From an uncultured Cytophagaceae bacterium (GTDB taxonomy: Bacteria > Bacteroidota > Bacteroidia > Cytophagales > Spirosomataceae): DNA of 64,000 nt. Position 1 is the first letter of the stretch, and each line of letters begins with the position of its first letter. A program made the translations under genes and the position numbers. The notes under the pieces were generated by a model. That model was not told where the DNA came from. It ran no database searches and saw nothing but the letters and a program-made list of their open reading frames with translations. Below, piece by piece: positions 39,259 through 49,649 of this stretch. The stretch is from NCBI GenBank assembly GCA_903933935.1, contig CAIZMB010000106.1, positions 590 through 64,589 of the forward strand, given 5' to 3'.

Positions 39259-39620
39259 GACATTTCCTCAAATAAGACTTCTGTTTTGAAGTAATGAATG
39301 ACATGCGCTTTGATTAGGATTTCTTGCTCTTTAAGATTTAAAGGAGGCAAATTTTGAATTAATTCCCAATGTGGCCACCCTTCTGCATCTTTGCCATCTA
39401 ATGAATAAAATCCACTGTAGCTCAATACTTTACAGGTTGCGATATGCATTAAGTCTTGTTTTTGCTCTTTGGTGAAATGGACATGGCCATGTCCTAATTC
39501 TTGAACACCAATTAAAAATAATACAGATTCAAGATCCGCAGGTCGCTTATTAAATTGAGTCTCAAGAAAATCAAGAATTGATTCCCATGCTTCTTTAACT
39601 AAGGCTGGCTCGAATTCCAT
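39255..39620 (-). CDS. Conserved hypothetical Bacteroidota protein
   Basis: LFLIGVQELG, KQDLMHIA.C, DGWPHW-like motif; overlaps the xth start by 4 nt. Confidence 0.7.
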   Translation of the reverse strand: MEFEPALVKEAWESILDFLETQFNKRPADLESVLFLIGVQELGHGHVHFTKEQKQDLMHIATCKVLSYSGFYSLDGKDAEGWPHWELIQNLPPLNLKEQEILIKAHVIHYFKTEVLFEEMS

Positions 39621-39631
39621 GAAATTGATGA

Positions 39632-40243
39632 TTATTGAAGATGTATTTTGAACTTGGCTGATTCTAAAACTGCTTGATCACCCTTGGAATTATTGCCTAT
39701 TAAAATAAGCTCACCTTCAATTTCTTTTTCTGTGACAACGGTTATATTGACCCTTCCAACGCCATTTTGAACTCCTTCCTTATTAGGTAATGTAGATTCA
39801 AAGAAATTGTTTTTGTCTGTATAATTGTCAAGATTCTTAATTAAATTTCCAATGTTTTCGATTTCTCCATCGCCTGGAATAAAATAGGTTCCTGGGCCCT
39901 TAAGTTTAAATATTTTCAAATACACAGACTCTAAATTTTCCTTATTTGTCGCTGTTATCGTAAGTGTATTTTCTCCCATTTCAGATTTTATCGTACCCAC
40001 AACTTCATTGGTCTGAATACGATGATAATTCTCATTGCCAAAAATTATTTTTCCAGAGAAAAAGCTTTGCTCAGTGGGCTTAATACTAAATGTATTGTCA
40101 TAAGATATTAAAACTACGAATATCCCTAAACCAGTATACAAAAAGTTGATTGGGTTTTTAATGAATGACAATGCGAATTTGCTTATTGGATTTCCAATGA
40201 GCAATCGTATCAATCTAGTCTTAGCTGAATTTGAATCTTTCAT
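39632..40243 (-). CDS. Hypothetical membrane-anchored beta-rich protein
   Basis: One N-terminal hydrophobic segment, beta-rich body (GPGTY); TACTTTTG element at 40304-40311. Confidence 0.6.
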   Translation of the reverse strand: MKDSNSAKTRLIRLLIGNPISKFALSFIKNPINFLYTGLGIFVVLISYDNTFSIKPTEQSFFSGKIIFGNENYHRIQTNEVVGTIKSEMGENTLTITATNKENLESVYLKIFKLKGPGTYFIPGDGEIENIGNLIKNLDNYTDKNNFFESTLPNKEGVQNGVGRVNITVVTEKEIEGELILIGNNSKGDQAVLESAKFKIHLQ

Positions 40244-40534
40244 TTAAGCTTTTTCATTCATTATATAAACAGTAAAAAATGATGATCAATATTTTTTACG
40301 GAACAAAAGTACTATAACTAAATTTAAAGGGCAATGATTAGACCGATTTTAAAGAATTTATTTATTAAACGGGTTAATTAAAAGGAAATTAATGAATAGC
40401 TATGTATTTTTGAAAACTGTTAATCAAAAATTTAGTTTATAAAGATAGAGGTCATGGATCATTTAACTAAATCACTTAATAGTGATTTAATCGGCAGTTT
40501 TAATGGATTGCCAGCAAGAAGAAAGTTAAAAAAA

Positions 40535-41776
40535 ATGAAAGCATTTTCAATTCCTGTTTTGTTTAAAAGTAATTTGATTGGGAAAATCAAAGAAGCTAGG
40601 AGGTTTGGGGATAAAATGAAAAAGAATTTTGAGCCATCCCACTTTGATTTTGGCCCTGTAGAAATTTTAATTTCTCGCCATTTTGGATTTTGTTACGGGG
40701 TGGAAAATGCAGTTGAAATAGCCTATCGAATTGTCGAAGAAAATCCTGATAAACGGATATTTCTACTTTCGGAGATGATTCATAACCCCGCAGTTAATGC
40801 AGATTTGTTAGACCGAGGGGTGCAATTCATACAAGATACCTTGGGCAATCAGCTCGTACCTTGGAATCAATTGACTTCAGATGATGTGGTTATTGTTCCT
40901 GCATTTGGTACTACGCTTGAAATTCAAGAAATACTGTCAAATATTGGTATTGATATTTACTCATATGACACCACTTGCCCATTTGTAGAAAAAGTTTGGA
41001 ATCGTGCGAACTCAATTGGGCAAAAAAATTATTCGGTCATTGTCCATGGAAAACCGAGCCATGAAGAGACGAAAGCTACTTTTTCTCATTCTAAATCAGT
41101 CACTCCTACACTGATCATAAAAGATATTAGTCAAGCGAAACAATTAGCTGATTACATTAGGCTTGAAAAAGGTTCGGATGAGTTCTACAAGGAATTTGAA
41201 GGTCAATATTCAGAAGGTTTTGATCCAGCAAAGGATTTAATGAGAATTGGTGTTGTAAATCAAACAACGATGCTGGCAACTGATACTCAAGAAATTGTTG
41301 ATTTTTTACGCGAATTGATTGTCGATTTTTATCAATTATCTGTGGACCAAATCACCTCTCATTTTGCAGATACTCGTGATACGTTATGTTATGCAACCAA
41401 TGATAATCAAAGTGCTACCTATGGTTTACTCGCTGAAGAAGCGGATTTTGCTATTGTGGCAGGAGGTTATAATTCTTCAAATACAGCTCATTTGGTAGAT
41501 TTATGTGCCGATAAGCTTCCAACCTATTTTATTAAATCTGCAGAAAAGATCATCTCACCCAAACAGATTTTTCATTTTGATAATGTCAAAAAAGAAGAAG
41601 TTTTGACCAATGAATATATTCCACAAAAAGAAAAAGTGCGAGTGCTTTTAACCTGTGGGGCTTCCTGTCCAGATGCAGTCGTTGAAGATATACTAAGGAA
41701 AACCGTTTCACTATTCCCTTCCGCTAAAGCCGTAGATCAGGTAGTGGATCATTGGATTCTTGAAAAAAATCAATAG
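40535..41776 (+). CDS. ispH: 4-hydroxy-3-methylbut-2-enyl diphosphate reductase, long form; ORF track start 40454
   Basis: FGFCYGV, DTTCPFV, NQTT, DTLCYAT, GGYNSSNT, GASCPD. Confidence 0.93.
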   Translation: MKAFSIPVLFKSNLIGKIKEARRFGDKMKKNFEPSHFDFGPVEILISRHFGFCYGVENAVEIAYRIVEENPDKRIFLLSEMIHNPAVNADLLDRGVQFIQDTLGNQLVPWNQLTSDDVVIVPAFGTTLEIQEILSNIGIDIYSYDTTCPFVEKVWNRANSIGQKNYSVIVHGKPSHEETKATFSHSKSVTPTLIIKDISQAKQLADYIRLEKGSDEFYKEFEGQYSEGFDPAKDLMRIGVVNQTTMLATDTQEIVDFLRELIVDFYQLSVDQITSHFADTRDTLCYATNDNQSATYGLLAEEADFAIVAGGYNSSNTAHLVDLCADKLPTYFIKSAEKIISPKQIFHFDNVKKEEVLTNEYIPQKEKVRVLLTCGASCPDAVVEDILRKTVSLFPSAKAVDQVVDHWILEKNQ

Positions 41777-42654
41777 CTATTCAATATTTTTTGTACCGCT
41801 GGCACATAACCCTCGCCAAATAAATTGACGTGCACCATTAAAGGGTATAAGTTATAAAGAGGAATGCGTTCATGAAATCCTTTTTCGATCGGATATGCTT
41901 CATGATAAGCCTCGTAGAAAGCCTTATCAAAACCACCAAACATAGTCGTAAAGGCTAATTCAGCTTCTCTAAGTCCATAATAGCAGGAGGGATCCACTAA
42001 CACAACTTGCCCGCTTGCGTTCACCATCACATTGCCTGACCACAAATCCCCATGCATTAGAGAAGAAGATTCATTTGGGATTAAATTAGGTAACTTTTCA
42101 ACTAATTGGTGGAACTTATTTTCCATGTCATAGTCAATTTTCCTATTGTAAACCGCAATCTCAATCTGATTTTTCAATCTGTTTTCAATAAAAAAACGAA
42201 GCCCATTTAAATTCCATTCATTCTTTTGTTCTGCAGCCCCAAGGTAATTTGTATAGCTAAGGCCATGCCCCATTTCAGAAGAATTATGATGCATTAGGGC
42301 TAATTTACGTCCAAAATCTTCCCAATAGGTAGCATTTATTTCCCCGGATGGAATGCATTCCATCATTAAATATTCTTTTTCTTCGATGGATCCTACGCCG
42401 ATTACCTGAGGTACTTGTATCGTATTTGTTTGAGCTAATAATTGAAGATTTTTAGCTTCCGCTTCAAATAAACCATGGTGGTCACCTTGATTCCATTTGA
42501 TAAAAAATTCCCCTGACTTTAATTTAACCCGAACCGCTAAATTAAAATTACCCCCATAAAAAAATTGAAACTCTTCAATGGAAACATCCTCCCGCACATG
42601 AATTTTGAGGATCCTTTCTATAAACTGATATTGCTCTTGCGATTGCTGGGACAT
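41770..42654 (-). CDS. Fructosamine kinase family protein; likely start 42654
   Basis: FEAE..NL..L, LMHGDLWSGN, DPSCYYG..EAELA..MFGGF. Confidence 0.92.
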   Translation of the reverse strand: MSQQSQEQYQFIERILKIHVREDVSIEEFQFFYGGNFNLAVRVKLKSGEFFIKWNQGDHHGLFEAEAKNLQLLAQTNTIQVPQVIGVGSIEEKEYLMMECIPSGEINATYWEDFGRKLALMHHNSSEMGHGLSYTNYLGAAEQKNEWNLNGLRFFIENRLKNQIEIAVYNRKIDYDMENKFHQLVEKLPNLIPNESSSLMHGDLWSGNVMVNASGQVVLVDPSCYYGLREAELAFTTMFGGFDKAFYEAYHEAYPIEKGFHERIPLYNLYPLMVHVNLFGEGYVPAVQKILNSY

Positions 42655-42765
42655 ACATGAATAATTACCCAATATTACCAAAAAGCGCTCTTGGAAGCAA
42701 TTTTATTTTTTCAAAAGGTGAAGAACTTAGATGTAAAAATCGTATTTTCAACTTTTTAATGGCAT

Positions 42766-45700
42766 TTGGCAACCCTAGAAAACCCAGTCGTTTCCCAACT
42801 AAAATCCTATCATCGCCTCTTTTATAGAAATGAGGTTATAAAAGGTCTTTTACTAAGTGCTTTGTGGATTATCTCGATCGGTACACTCTTTATTTTAATC
42901 GAATATTTTGCTTGGCTATCTTCCCCACTTCGAGGGATATTATACTACTTATTTTTAAGTGCAGCAGGTCTTTTGCTTGTCAGCATTTGTTTTAAACCCA
43001 TCGTCAAATGGACTAAGAATATTACGCATTCTGATTTAGAGTTTATGGCTAAAAAGCTAGGAATGTTTTTTGAGAAGCCTCATCAGGATGAACTGATTAA
43101 TGTACTCCAACTTCAACGTGAGGGAACACTAGATGCAAATTCACCCTTGCTTGAGGCAGCCATCACGCAAAAAATTCATCAATTATCAGGCTATAAATTT
43201 GTTGACTTTATTGACTATAAAAGTCATCGGAAAATATTTTTTGGACTCATTTTTTTATCTACGTTACTTGTGTTTTTCGATTACCTTAATCCCCAATATA
43301 TTCGTAAACCTACCTTAAGAATTGTCAATTATACTTTTCAATATCCCAAAACCTTGCCTTTTCAGTTTTTGATTCTGAATAAAAGCTTGGAGGTTGTCGC
43401 AGGTGAGCCTTTTACTTTACAGGTTCAACTAATCGGTAAGAATTTGCCTTCTGACGTTTATTTTGTCAGTCAAGGAGGTCGCATAAAAATGGATAAGGAG
43501 CCTGAAACAAACGTATTCAGTTTTGCACTTCCACCCATAACGAGTCCTTTAATGTTTCAATTTGAAGCAGGAGAAAATTTCTCTGAGCCCCAAACCATAC
43601 AGATTATTCATCGACCTGGCATAGATAAGACCATTATAACGATTGAATTTCCTACATATACACATAGACCTGTAGAAAAGTTGAACCAATTACTTCCTCT
43701 ACAAATTCCGGAAGGCTCAAGGGTTCATTGGGAAATTTCAACAAATGACGTGAAAAAGGCCAGTATTTTATTGGGCCAAAAGCCCCCAAAATTTGATTTC
43801 AAAAAAAATATATTGTTTGCTAAGCATGAATTTTCAACACAATTTTTTGAAAATTCAAGCTACCAAATACTCTTATCAAATGAACACTTTGACAGCCAAA
43901 AAACGACCATAATCCCCATCGAAGTAATTAAAGACCAGTACCCTAAGATCGAAACTCAAGTAATTGAAGATACTTTGTACTATCGATTTTTGATTTTTAA
44001 GGGAGAGGCAAGTGACGATTATGGACTTAATCAAGTAGCTTTAAAATATCAAATTAGAGAGAATAAAGAGGCAAAATGGGAAGCAGAATTTGTTCGGAAT
44101 CTAGGTATACCAACAGGCAAAAAGGAGGTGGATTTTAGAATTTTAGTTGGCCTAGATTCCCTAAAATTACAGGCAGGAGGCCAATTGCGTTATTATTTTG
44201 AAGTATATGATAATGATGGAATTCATGGACCTAAAAAAACGAAAACAAACCAACAAGTTTGGGAATTTCCTGAATCCAAGCAATTAGCCAAAAAATCAGA
44301 TGATCGATTTGCAGAACTGGAAAAAAATATATCATCAAGTATTCAGAAGGCTCAAGAAATAAAGAAGGAATTGACTGATGCAATGAATCGGCTTAAATTA
44401 GGGAAAGACATAAATAATAAAATGCTTGAGGAGGTTTTAGCCAAGGAAAAAGAATTGAAAAAGGCCTTGGATGTTTTGAAAGACCAACAAGAAAAGTGGA
44501 TGGGCCAACAATTTAGTTTTCAAAAGCCAACCGATCTTTGGATCCAAAAAATGGAAAATTTGCAAAAGCTTATTGATCAAATTCAAACGTCAGATTTAAA
44601 TAAAGGGACAGATGATGTATTCAAAAACTTGCAAAAAGAATTGCCTAGCAATTGGCAGAAAAATTTAGAACAAAAACAATCCCTCAATAAAAATAGAGAA
44701 AAAGAATTGCAAAGGTTAGAACAGTTTTATAAGGATTTGAGAATCGACAAAATGATGGAGGAATCCATTCAAGATTTAAATGAATTGAGTCAAAAACAAA
44801 GTAAATTGGCCGAGGAGCCTACCACCAATCCGGCGGCACAAAAGGAAATAAATCAAGAATTTAAGGAACAAGAAAAGGCGATTGATAAGCTTGAAAAAGA
44901 AATGAATTTGGATCCAAAAGAATTTGATGCATTGGAGGAGGAGATTGAAAAGTCGATGAATAATGCGGAAGAATTAATGGAGAACAAATCCACCAATAAG
45001 GCCAAAACGGCCCAGAAAAAATCAGCGGAAGGGCTTAAAAAATTAGCAAAAAAAATAGAAGATAAACGCGCGAGCGAGGAGAGTAATGCGCTTGACTTAG
45101 AGGTAAACCAATTAAGACTCTTGTTGGATAATTTGTTGCAAATTTCTTTTGAACAGGAACGTGTTATGTTGGATTTTCGTCGTTTGAGGGAAGGAAGCCC
45201 AGCTTTAAAATCAGCATCTCAGATGCAAAATAAGATTGCTGAAACAGCATTTATTTTGGAAGACAGTTTGATTAGCTTAGGAAAAAAAGTAATGCCTTTA
45301 TCTCAATTGATTACAAGAGAAACGACTGAAATGCATAATCGATTGAATGAGGCTGCTAATATGATGAAGGAACGTAAATGGTCTTTAGTTCAGGCCAGGC
45401 AGCAACAATCAATGGCCTCAATCAATAAATTGGCCGTTATGCTGTCAGATTTATTGCAGCAATTGCAAAACCAACAGATGCAAATGAAACCTGGTAAAAA
45501 GGGGAAGGGAAAGCAAAAGCCCCAGGGTTCATGGGCGGCACGCCAACAAAAACTCAATCAGAAAGCCAGAGAAAGTCGGTCCGATAAACAAGGCCCCATG
45601 AGCGAAGATATGATTAAAATAGCTCAAGAACAGGCTAGGCTCCGACAAGAATTAGAAGAAAAATTACAAGATATTCAGGGCAGACCCGGCTCAAATAATA

Positions 45701-46029
45701 TAGAGAAAAGTCTGAAGGACCTAATTAAAAATATGGAAAAAAACGAGACGGATTTTGTTAACAAGCGCCTTAATCAAGAATTACAAAAAAGACAAGATTT
45801 GATGCTTCCCATTTTATTGGAATCTGAAAAGGCTTTAAAAGAGCAGGGAGAAGATCCGAAAAAAGAATCAAAAAATGCGCTCGAAAAATTTCGCGAAAGT
45901 CCACCGCCCAATTTGTTGCCTTATCTGAAAAAATTAGAAGAAAATAGATCTTTATATCAGCGAAAGCCAGTGGATTTAAAGCCAATATACCAGGAAAAAG
46001 TGCTCCGTTATTTAAATCAATTTAACTAG
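42766..46029 (+). CDS. Large membrane-anchored coiled-coil protein (DUF4175-like)
   Basis: N-terminal TMs, Ig-like middle region (ASDDYGL, YYFEVYDND), Q/E/K-rich coiled coil, RLLE.EKA-like C-terminus. Confidence 0.75.
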   Translation: MATLENPVVSQLKSYHRLFYRNEVIKGLLLSALWIISIGTLFILIEYFAWLSSPLRGILYYLFLSAAGLLLVSICFKPIVKWTKNITHSDLEFMAKKLGMFFEKPHQDELINVLQLQREGTLDANSPLLEAAITQKIHQLSGYKFVDFIDYKSHRKIFFGLIFLSTLLVFFDYLNPQYIRKPTLRIVNYTFQYPKTLPFQFLILNKSLEVVAGEPFTLQVQLIGKNLPSDVYFVSQGGRIKMDKEPETNVFSFALPPITSPLMFQFEAGENFSEPQTIQIIHRPGIDKTIITIEFPTYTHRPVEKLNQLLPLQIPEGSRVHWEISTNDVKKASILLGQKPPKFDFKKNILFAKHEFSTQFFENSSYQILLSNEHFDSQKTTIIPIEVIKDQYPKIETQVIEDTLYYRFLIFKGEASDDYGLNQVALKYQIRENKEAKWEAEFVRNLGIPTGKKEVDFRILVGLDSLKLQAGGQLRYYFEVYDNDGIHGPKKTKTNQQVWEFPESKQLAKKSDDRFAELEKNISSSIQKAQEIKKELTDAMNRLKLGKDINNKMLEEVLAKEKELKKALDVLKDQQEKWMGQQFSFQKPTDLWIQKMENLQKLIDQIQTSDLNKGTDDVFKNLQKELPSNWQKNLEQKQSLNKNREKELQRLEQFYKDLRIDKMMEESIQDLNELSQKQSKLAEEPTTNPAAQKEINQEFKEQEKAIDKLEKEMNLDPKEFDALEEEIEKSMNNAEELMENKSTNKAKTAQKKSAEGLKKLAKKIEDKRASEESNALDLEVNQLRLLLDNLLQISFEQERVMLDFRRLREGSPALKSASQMQNKIAETAFILEDSLISLGKKVMPLSQLITRETTEMHNRLNEAANMMKERKWSLVQARQQQSMASINKLAVMLSDLLQQLQNQQMQMKPGKKGKGKQKPQGSWAARQQKLNQKARESRSDKQGPMSEDMIKIAQEQARLRQELEEKLQDIQGRPGSNNIEKSLKDLIKNMEKNETDFVNKRLNQELQKRQDLMLPILLESEKALKEQGEDPKKESKNALEKFRESPPPNLLPYLKKLEENRSLYQRKPVDLKPIYQEKVLRYLNQFN

Positions 46030-46537
46030 TCACCTTCTTTTTATAAATAGGGACCGTACTACATGGCTCGCCAAAAAATAAACTTTTTACGATGGGTTGT
46101 AATAATGTGGTAAGCCTTACATAAGAATCTAAAGGCACCGATTCTTTAGAACATCCTTTAACAACCACACGGCCATCTTTATAGGTATCCAAATCTAATG
46201 CTAATAAGGATTTTATAAATAATTCTTTTTCTAATTCTTCTAAAGTTCCATGGACAATTGTGGCGGCAAATGGACTCATTTGTGCACTTAATAACATGAA
46301 TGCCCACGTCGGTATGATGGCTTCGCTTGTGCATGAAATGGCCACATGCTTTCCTTGATATTGATTCCAGGGGTGTTCAGCAATAAATGCTCTAAAGTCT
46401 TTCTCTTTAAGCACCATATCCATAAACAATAAAGTCCTTATGTCGAAAAATATGCGCTCTCCAGGAATTCGAATGGTTTCTAAATCCAATTGAATCAATC
46501 CGCTTTGGGCTACTTTATTTTCAATCGTATTCTCCAT
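46022..46537 (-). CDS. DUF2480 family protein
   Basis: I.NKVA.SGL..LDL, AIIPTWAFML, VKGCS, FGEPCSTVP. Confidence 0.85.
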   Translation of the reverse strand: MENTIENKVAQSGLIQLDLETIRIPGERIFFDIRTLLFMDMVLKEKDFRAFIAEHPWNQYQGKHVAISCTSEAIIPTWAFMLLSAQMSPFAATIVHGTLEELEKELFIKSLLALDLDTYKDGRVVVKGCSKESVPLDSYVRLTTLLQPIVKSLFFGEPCSTVPIYKKKVTS

Positions 46538-47220
46538 TAGATGTATTTTTTTTGTGACTTCTGTCCCATATATTCCTTCAAATAATCCGGTTCAATGGTC
46601 ACTATATTTTCAAATTTTTTAATTAAATAAGCCTCATAGGCTAATTTTCCCATATGTATCGCCTCAGGATAAGAGTTTTCTAAGTCAAAAGTAAACGAAG
46701 AAGATGGCAATGATTCTTTACATTTTTGTGCCCCATGTCCAAAAATTACCGCGTTTTTTTCTTGGTATGCAGCAAAAGAAAAATCATCTAAGATTAACGC
46801 ATTTGCGGGTTCAAGCTCTTGTAAATCTTGGGTGTAGACTGCTGTATAAACTTCCATCCTTCTGGCATCCATGACAGGAATCAATATTTGATGTTCCTTT
46901 GAATCAACGTATCTAGCTGCAAGTATTTTTAACGTAGATAAAGCGATGAGTGGTTGATCAAGTCCAAAGCAAAGTCCTTTTGCCGTAGCTAAGCCAATCC
47001 GCAATCCAGTGTAGGAACCGGGGCCGATTGAAATTGCTATGCCAACTAACGCGCTGAGTTTAGTACCTGCTTTTTTAATGGCGTCCTCAATGAGCAAGGT
47101 TAATTGTTTCGCATGTGCACCTTCTTCCTCACTTTGCGATGCGCCGATTAATCTTCCTTGGTCATGCAACGCCACTGAACGCAGTTGGGAAGAAGTTTCG
47201 ATACTTAATATGAGACTCAT
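46537..47220 (-). CDS. tsaB: tRNA t6A biosynthesis protein TsaB
   Basis: IETSS, GPGSYTGLRIG, DARRMEVY. Confidence 0.95.
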   Translation of the reverse strand: MSLILSIETSSQLRSVALHDQGRLIGASQSEEEGAHAKQLTLLIEDAIKKAGTKLSALVGIAISIGPGSYTGLRIGLATAKGLCFGLDQPLIALSTLKILAARYVDSKEHQILIPVMDARRMEVYTAVYTQDLQELEPANALILDDFSFAAYQEKNAVIFGHGAQKCKESLPSSSFTFDLENSYPEAIHMGKLAYEAYLIKKFENIVTIEPDYLKEYMGQKSQKKYI

Positions 47221-48890
47221 TTAGATTTTTTGGCTAGGATTGCTTGGAATTTTTCAGGCTGATTAAATAAATTCAAACTCTCTAAAATAACAGGATCTTT
47301 CGAAAAAGACCATTGATTTACCCCTTTTTGTAAATAATAATGCAGAATTATCTCTTGCTCAATCAACGAAATAATTTCTTGTTTATGGGCTAAAAGTTCT
47401 TTGGCCGTTGACGAGCTCCACTCTGATTTCAGGGCAGACATACTCGTTTCTAGGCTGGCATAGGCTTGGTCTTTTTTAGCTAGGTCAATGGCCATTCGCA
47501 CTTGTTTTTCCACCGGACTTTCATAAATAAATTTCTGGTTTTTAAGCCAATTTTGAAAATCATTCATATCGTTTTCTGAAAAAACGAAGGATTCAGCGCT
47601 GGCAATTTTAGGATGATTTTTTTGATAATGACAAGCGTATAAAAAAATCATATGTTGTTTCATGAGCGCTTGTGTAAAACTTGAAGACATCAAGTCCTTA
47701 CCTATAATTATATCTGGGAGAATTCCTCCTCCGTCGACAACCGTTCTTCCATTTTGCGTTTTAAATGATTTGATGGATGAGTCTTTAAAAGCAATGGCTT
47801 GGCCATCAGAATTTTTATGTTGGTAGTCAATCGCCTGTATGCAACGTCCACTAGGGATGTAATATTTGGCCGTGGTGATTTTCATTTTGGTTCGATATGG
47901 AAGATCTCTGGTCACTTGGACAAGCCCCTTTCCATAACTTTTTTTACCTATCAAAACCGCTCGGTCGTAATCTTGCATAACACCTGCCACAATCTCAGCC
48001 GCGGAGGCAGAATGACCATTGATTAATATTATGAGTGGAATTTCTGAGTCGAAACTAGCATTCAATGCCGTGTACGTTTTATTCCATTCTTCTACTTTCC
48101 CTCTGGTTTCTACGATCTTCGTTTCTTTGGCCAAAAATAAATTACAAATATCAACCGCCTGTGTCAGTAAACCGCCTGGATTTTCTCGGAGATCTAAAAT
48201 TAATTTTTGCATCCCCGCTTGTTTCAACTTAGATAATGCGGCCTTTAGCTCTTTGGTGGCCGAAGCATTAAATTCCTCTAATGAAATATACCCCACACCC
48301 GGCCGAATGATGCCAGAATAAATGACATTATTAATCTGAACGGTTTCCCGATTTAAATGAATAGTTTTTGGCGTACTTTCATCAATTTTTAAAACCGAAA
48401 TATCTAAGGAAGTGCCAGCTTGTCCCTTTAATAGTTTAGAAGGTTCAGCCTCTGGGGTATCCGATATTTTAATGCCATTCACAGAGATCAATTGGTCCCC
48501 AATGCCCAACCCAGCTTTTGACGCAGGACTGTTTTCATCCACATAGGCAACTCGATAATCTCCATTAATCTCAGTTAAAACGATACCTATTCCTTGGTAT
48601 TTTCCTGTGGTCATCGTCATAAAATCCTCCAATTCATCCTCAGGATAATATACGGTGTACGGATCAAAACTTTTCAATAGGGCATCTATCGATGTTTTAA
48701 CTGCTAGATTTGGGTTTACGTCATCTACATAAAATTTATTCAATTCTTTGAATACGGAGGCGTATAAATCTAAGTTTTTGGCAATGTCAAATAGGCGCTC
48801 GGCCGGCCTGCTAAATGAAAATCCAATTAAGCTGCCTAATGCAATCAATCCAACGAAAGCGCTTTTGAGATATTTTTGACTAAACTTCAT
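47217..48890 (-). CDS. S41 C-terminal processing peptidase (PDZ)
   Basis: DLRENPGG, SASAAEIVAG, KSYGKG. Confidence 0.93.
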   Translation of the reverse strand: MKFSQKYLKSAFVGLIALGSLIGFSFSRPAERLFDIAKNLDLYASVFKELNKFYVDDVNPNLAVKTSIDALLKSFDPYTVYYPEDELEDFMTMTTGKYQGIGIVLTEINGDYRVAYVDENSPASKAGLGIGDQLISVNGIKISDTPEAEPSKLLKGQAGTSLDISVLKIDESTPKTIHLNRETVQINNVIYSGIIRPGVGYISLEEFNASATKELKAALSKLKQAGMQKLILDLRENPGGLLTQAVDICNLFLAKETKIVETRGKVEEWNKTYTALNASFDSEIPLIILINGHSASAAEIVAGVMQDYDRAVLIGKKSYGKGLVQVTRDLPYRTKMKITTAKYYIPSGRCIQAIDYQHKNSDGQAIAFKDSSIKSFKTQNGRTVVDGGGILPDIIIGKDLMSSSFTQALMKQHMIFLYACHYQKNHPKIASAESFVFSENDMNDFQNWLKNQKFIYESPVEKQVRMAIDLAKKDQAYASLETSMSALKSEWSSSTAKELLAHKQEIISLIEQEIILHYYLQKGVNQWSFSKDPVILESLNLFNQPEKFQAILAKKSK

Positions 48891-49281
48891 TTTTTAGATT
48901 TTCATTTTTTGTAAAAGCAGTAAAAATTTGGTGCATTTTTTTTTGAATTAATTCAAACGATTCTATGTCAGTGCCAATATAAATAAATCCCATTATATCA
49001 GGTAATTTATTGTAGGCTAATCCTTGAAATACAGGTTTTGTTAATCGATATGCTTCCCTTGTTCTTCGCTTGATTAAATTGCGGTCTACGGCCTTCTTGA
49101 ATTTTCTCTTGGGAACTGAAATTAAAATTTGTGGAGATTCGGACTTTATATCACTGGAACGATACAAAACTCGAAAAGGATAGAAAAATCGTTGTGACAC
49201 AATTTGACTATCCTTTTGAAATAAAGAATCGATTATTTTTTTTTGCGTTAACCGCTCAGATTTTGGGAAAGTGAATTTCAC
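48880..49281 (-). CDS. rnpA: RNase P protein component
   Basis: FPKSERL, KKAVDRNLIKRR.REAYR. Confidence 0.93.
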   Translation of the reverse strand: MKFTFPKSERLTQKKIIDSLFQKDSQIVSQRFFYPFRVLYRSSDIKSESPQILISVPKRKFKKAVDRNLIKRRTREAYRLTKPVFQGLAYNKLPDIMGFIYIGTDIESFELIQKKMHQIFTAFTKNENLKNEV

Positions 49282-49341
49282 GGCAAGAATACTTTTTTAA
49301 GCAACAGCGAGCCAGAAATCAGCCTTTCTTAGAATTATGGC

Positions 49342-49497
49342 TTATTTTCCTCTCTTTTCGTCAGAAACTGAAAGCTTATGACGTCCTTTTGCGCGACGCG
49401 CAGTTAAAACACGACGACCATTTGCTGTCGACATGCGCTCACGGAAACCATGCTTATTCTTTCTTTTTTTAACCGAGGGTTGGAAAGTTCTTTTCAT
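49342..49497 (-). CDS. rpmH: 50S ribosomal protein L34 (51 aa); not in the ORF track
   Basis: Manual translation [51 protein letters not shown]; TACCTTTG element at 49541-49548. Confidence 0.98.
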   Translation of the reverse strand: MKRTFQPSVKKRKNKHGFRERMSTANGRRVLTARRAKGRHKLSVSDEKRGK

Positions 49498-49649
49498 TTC
49501 TATTAATTATTAAATCCCCAACAGTTTCGAATTGGGTTTGCAAAGGTACGAAAATTTATATTTTATTCAAGTGTTCATTGAAAAAAAAATCTGAGGCGGT
49601 GGGGAAAGGGAAAACAATGCGATGATTTTCTATCTTTGTTATTTAAAAT

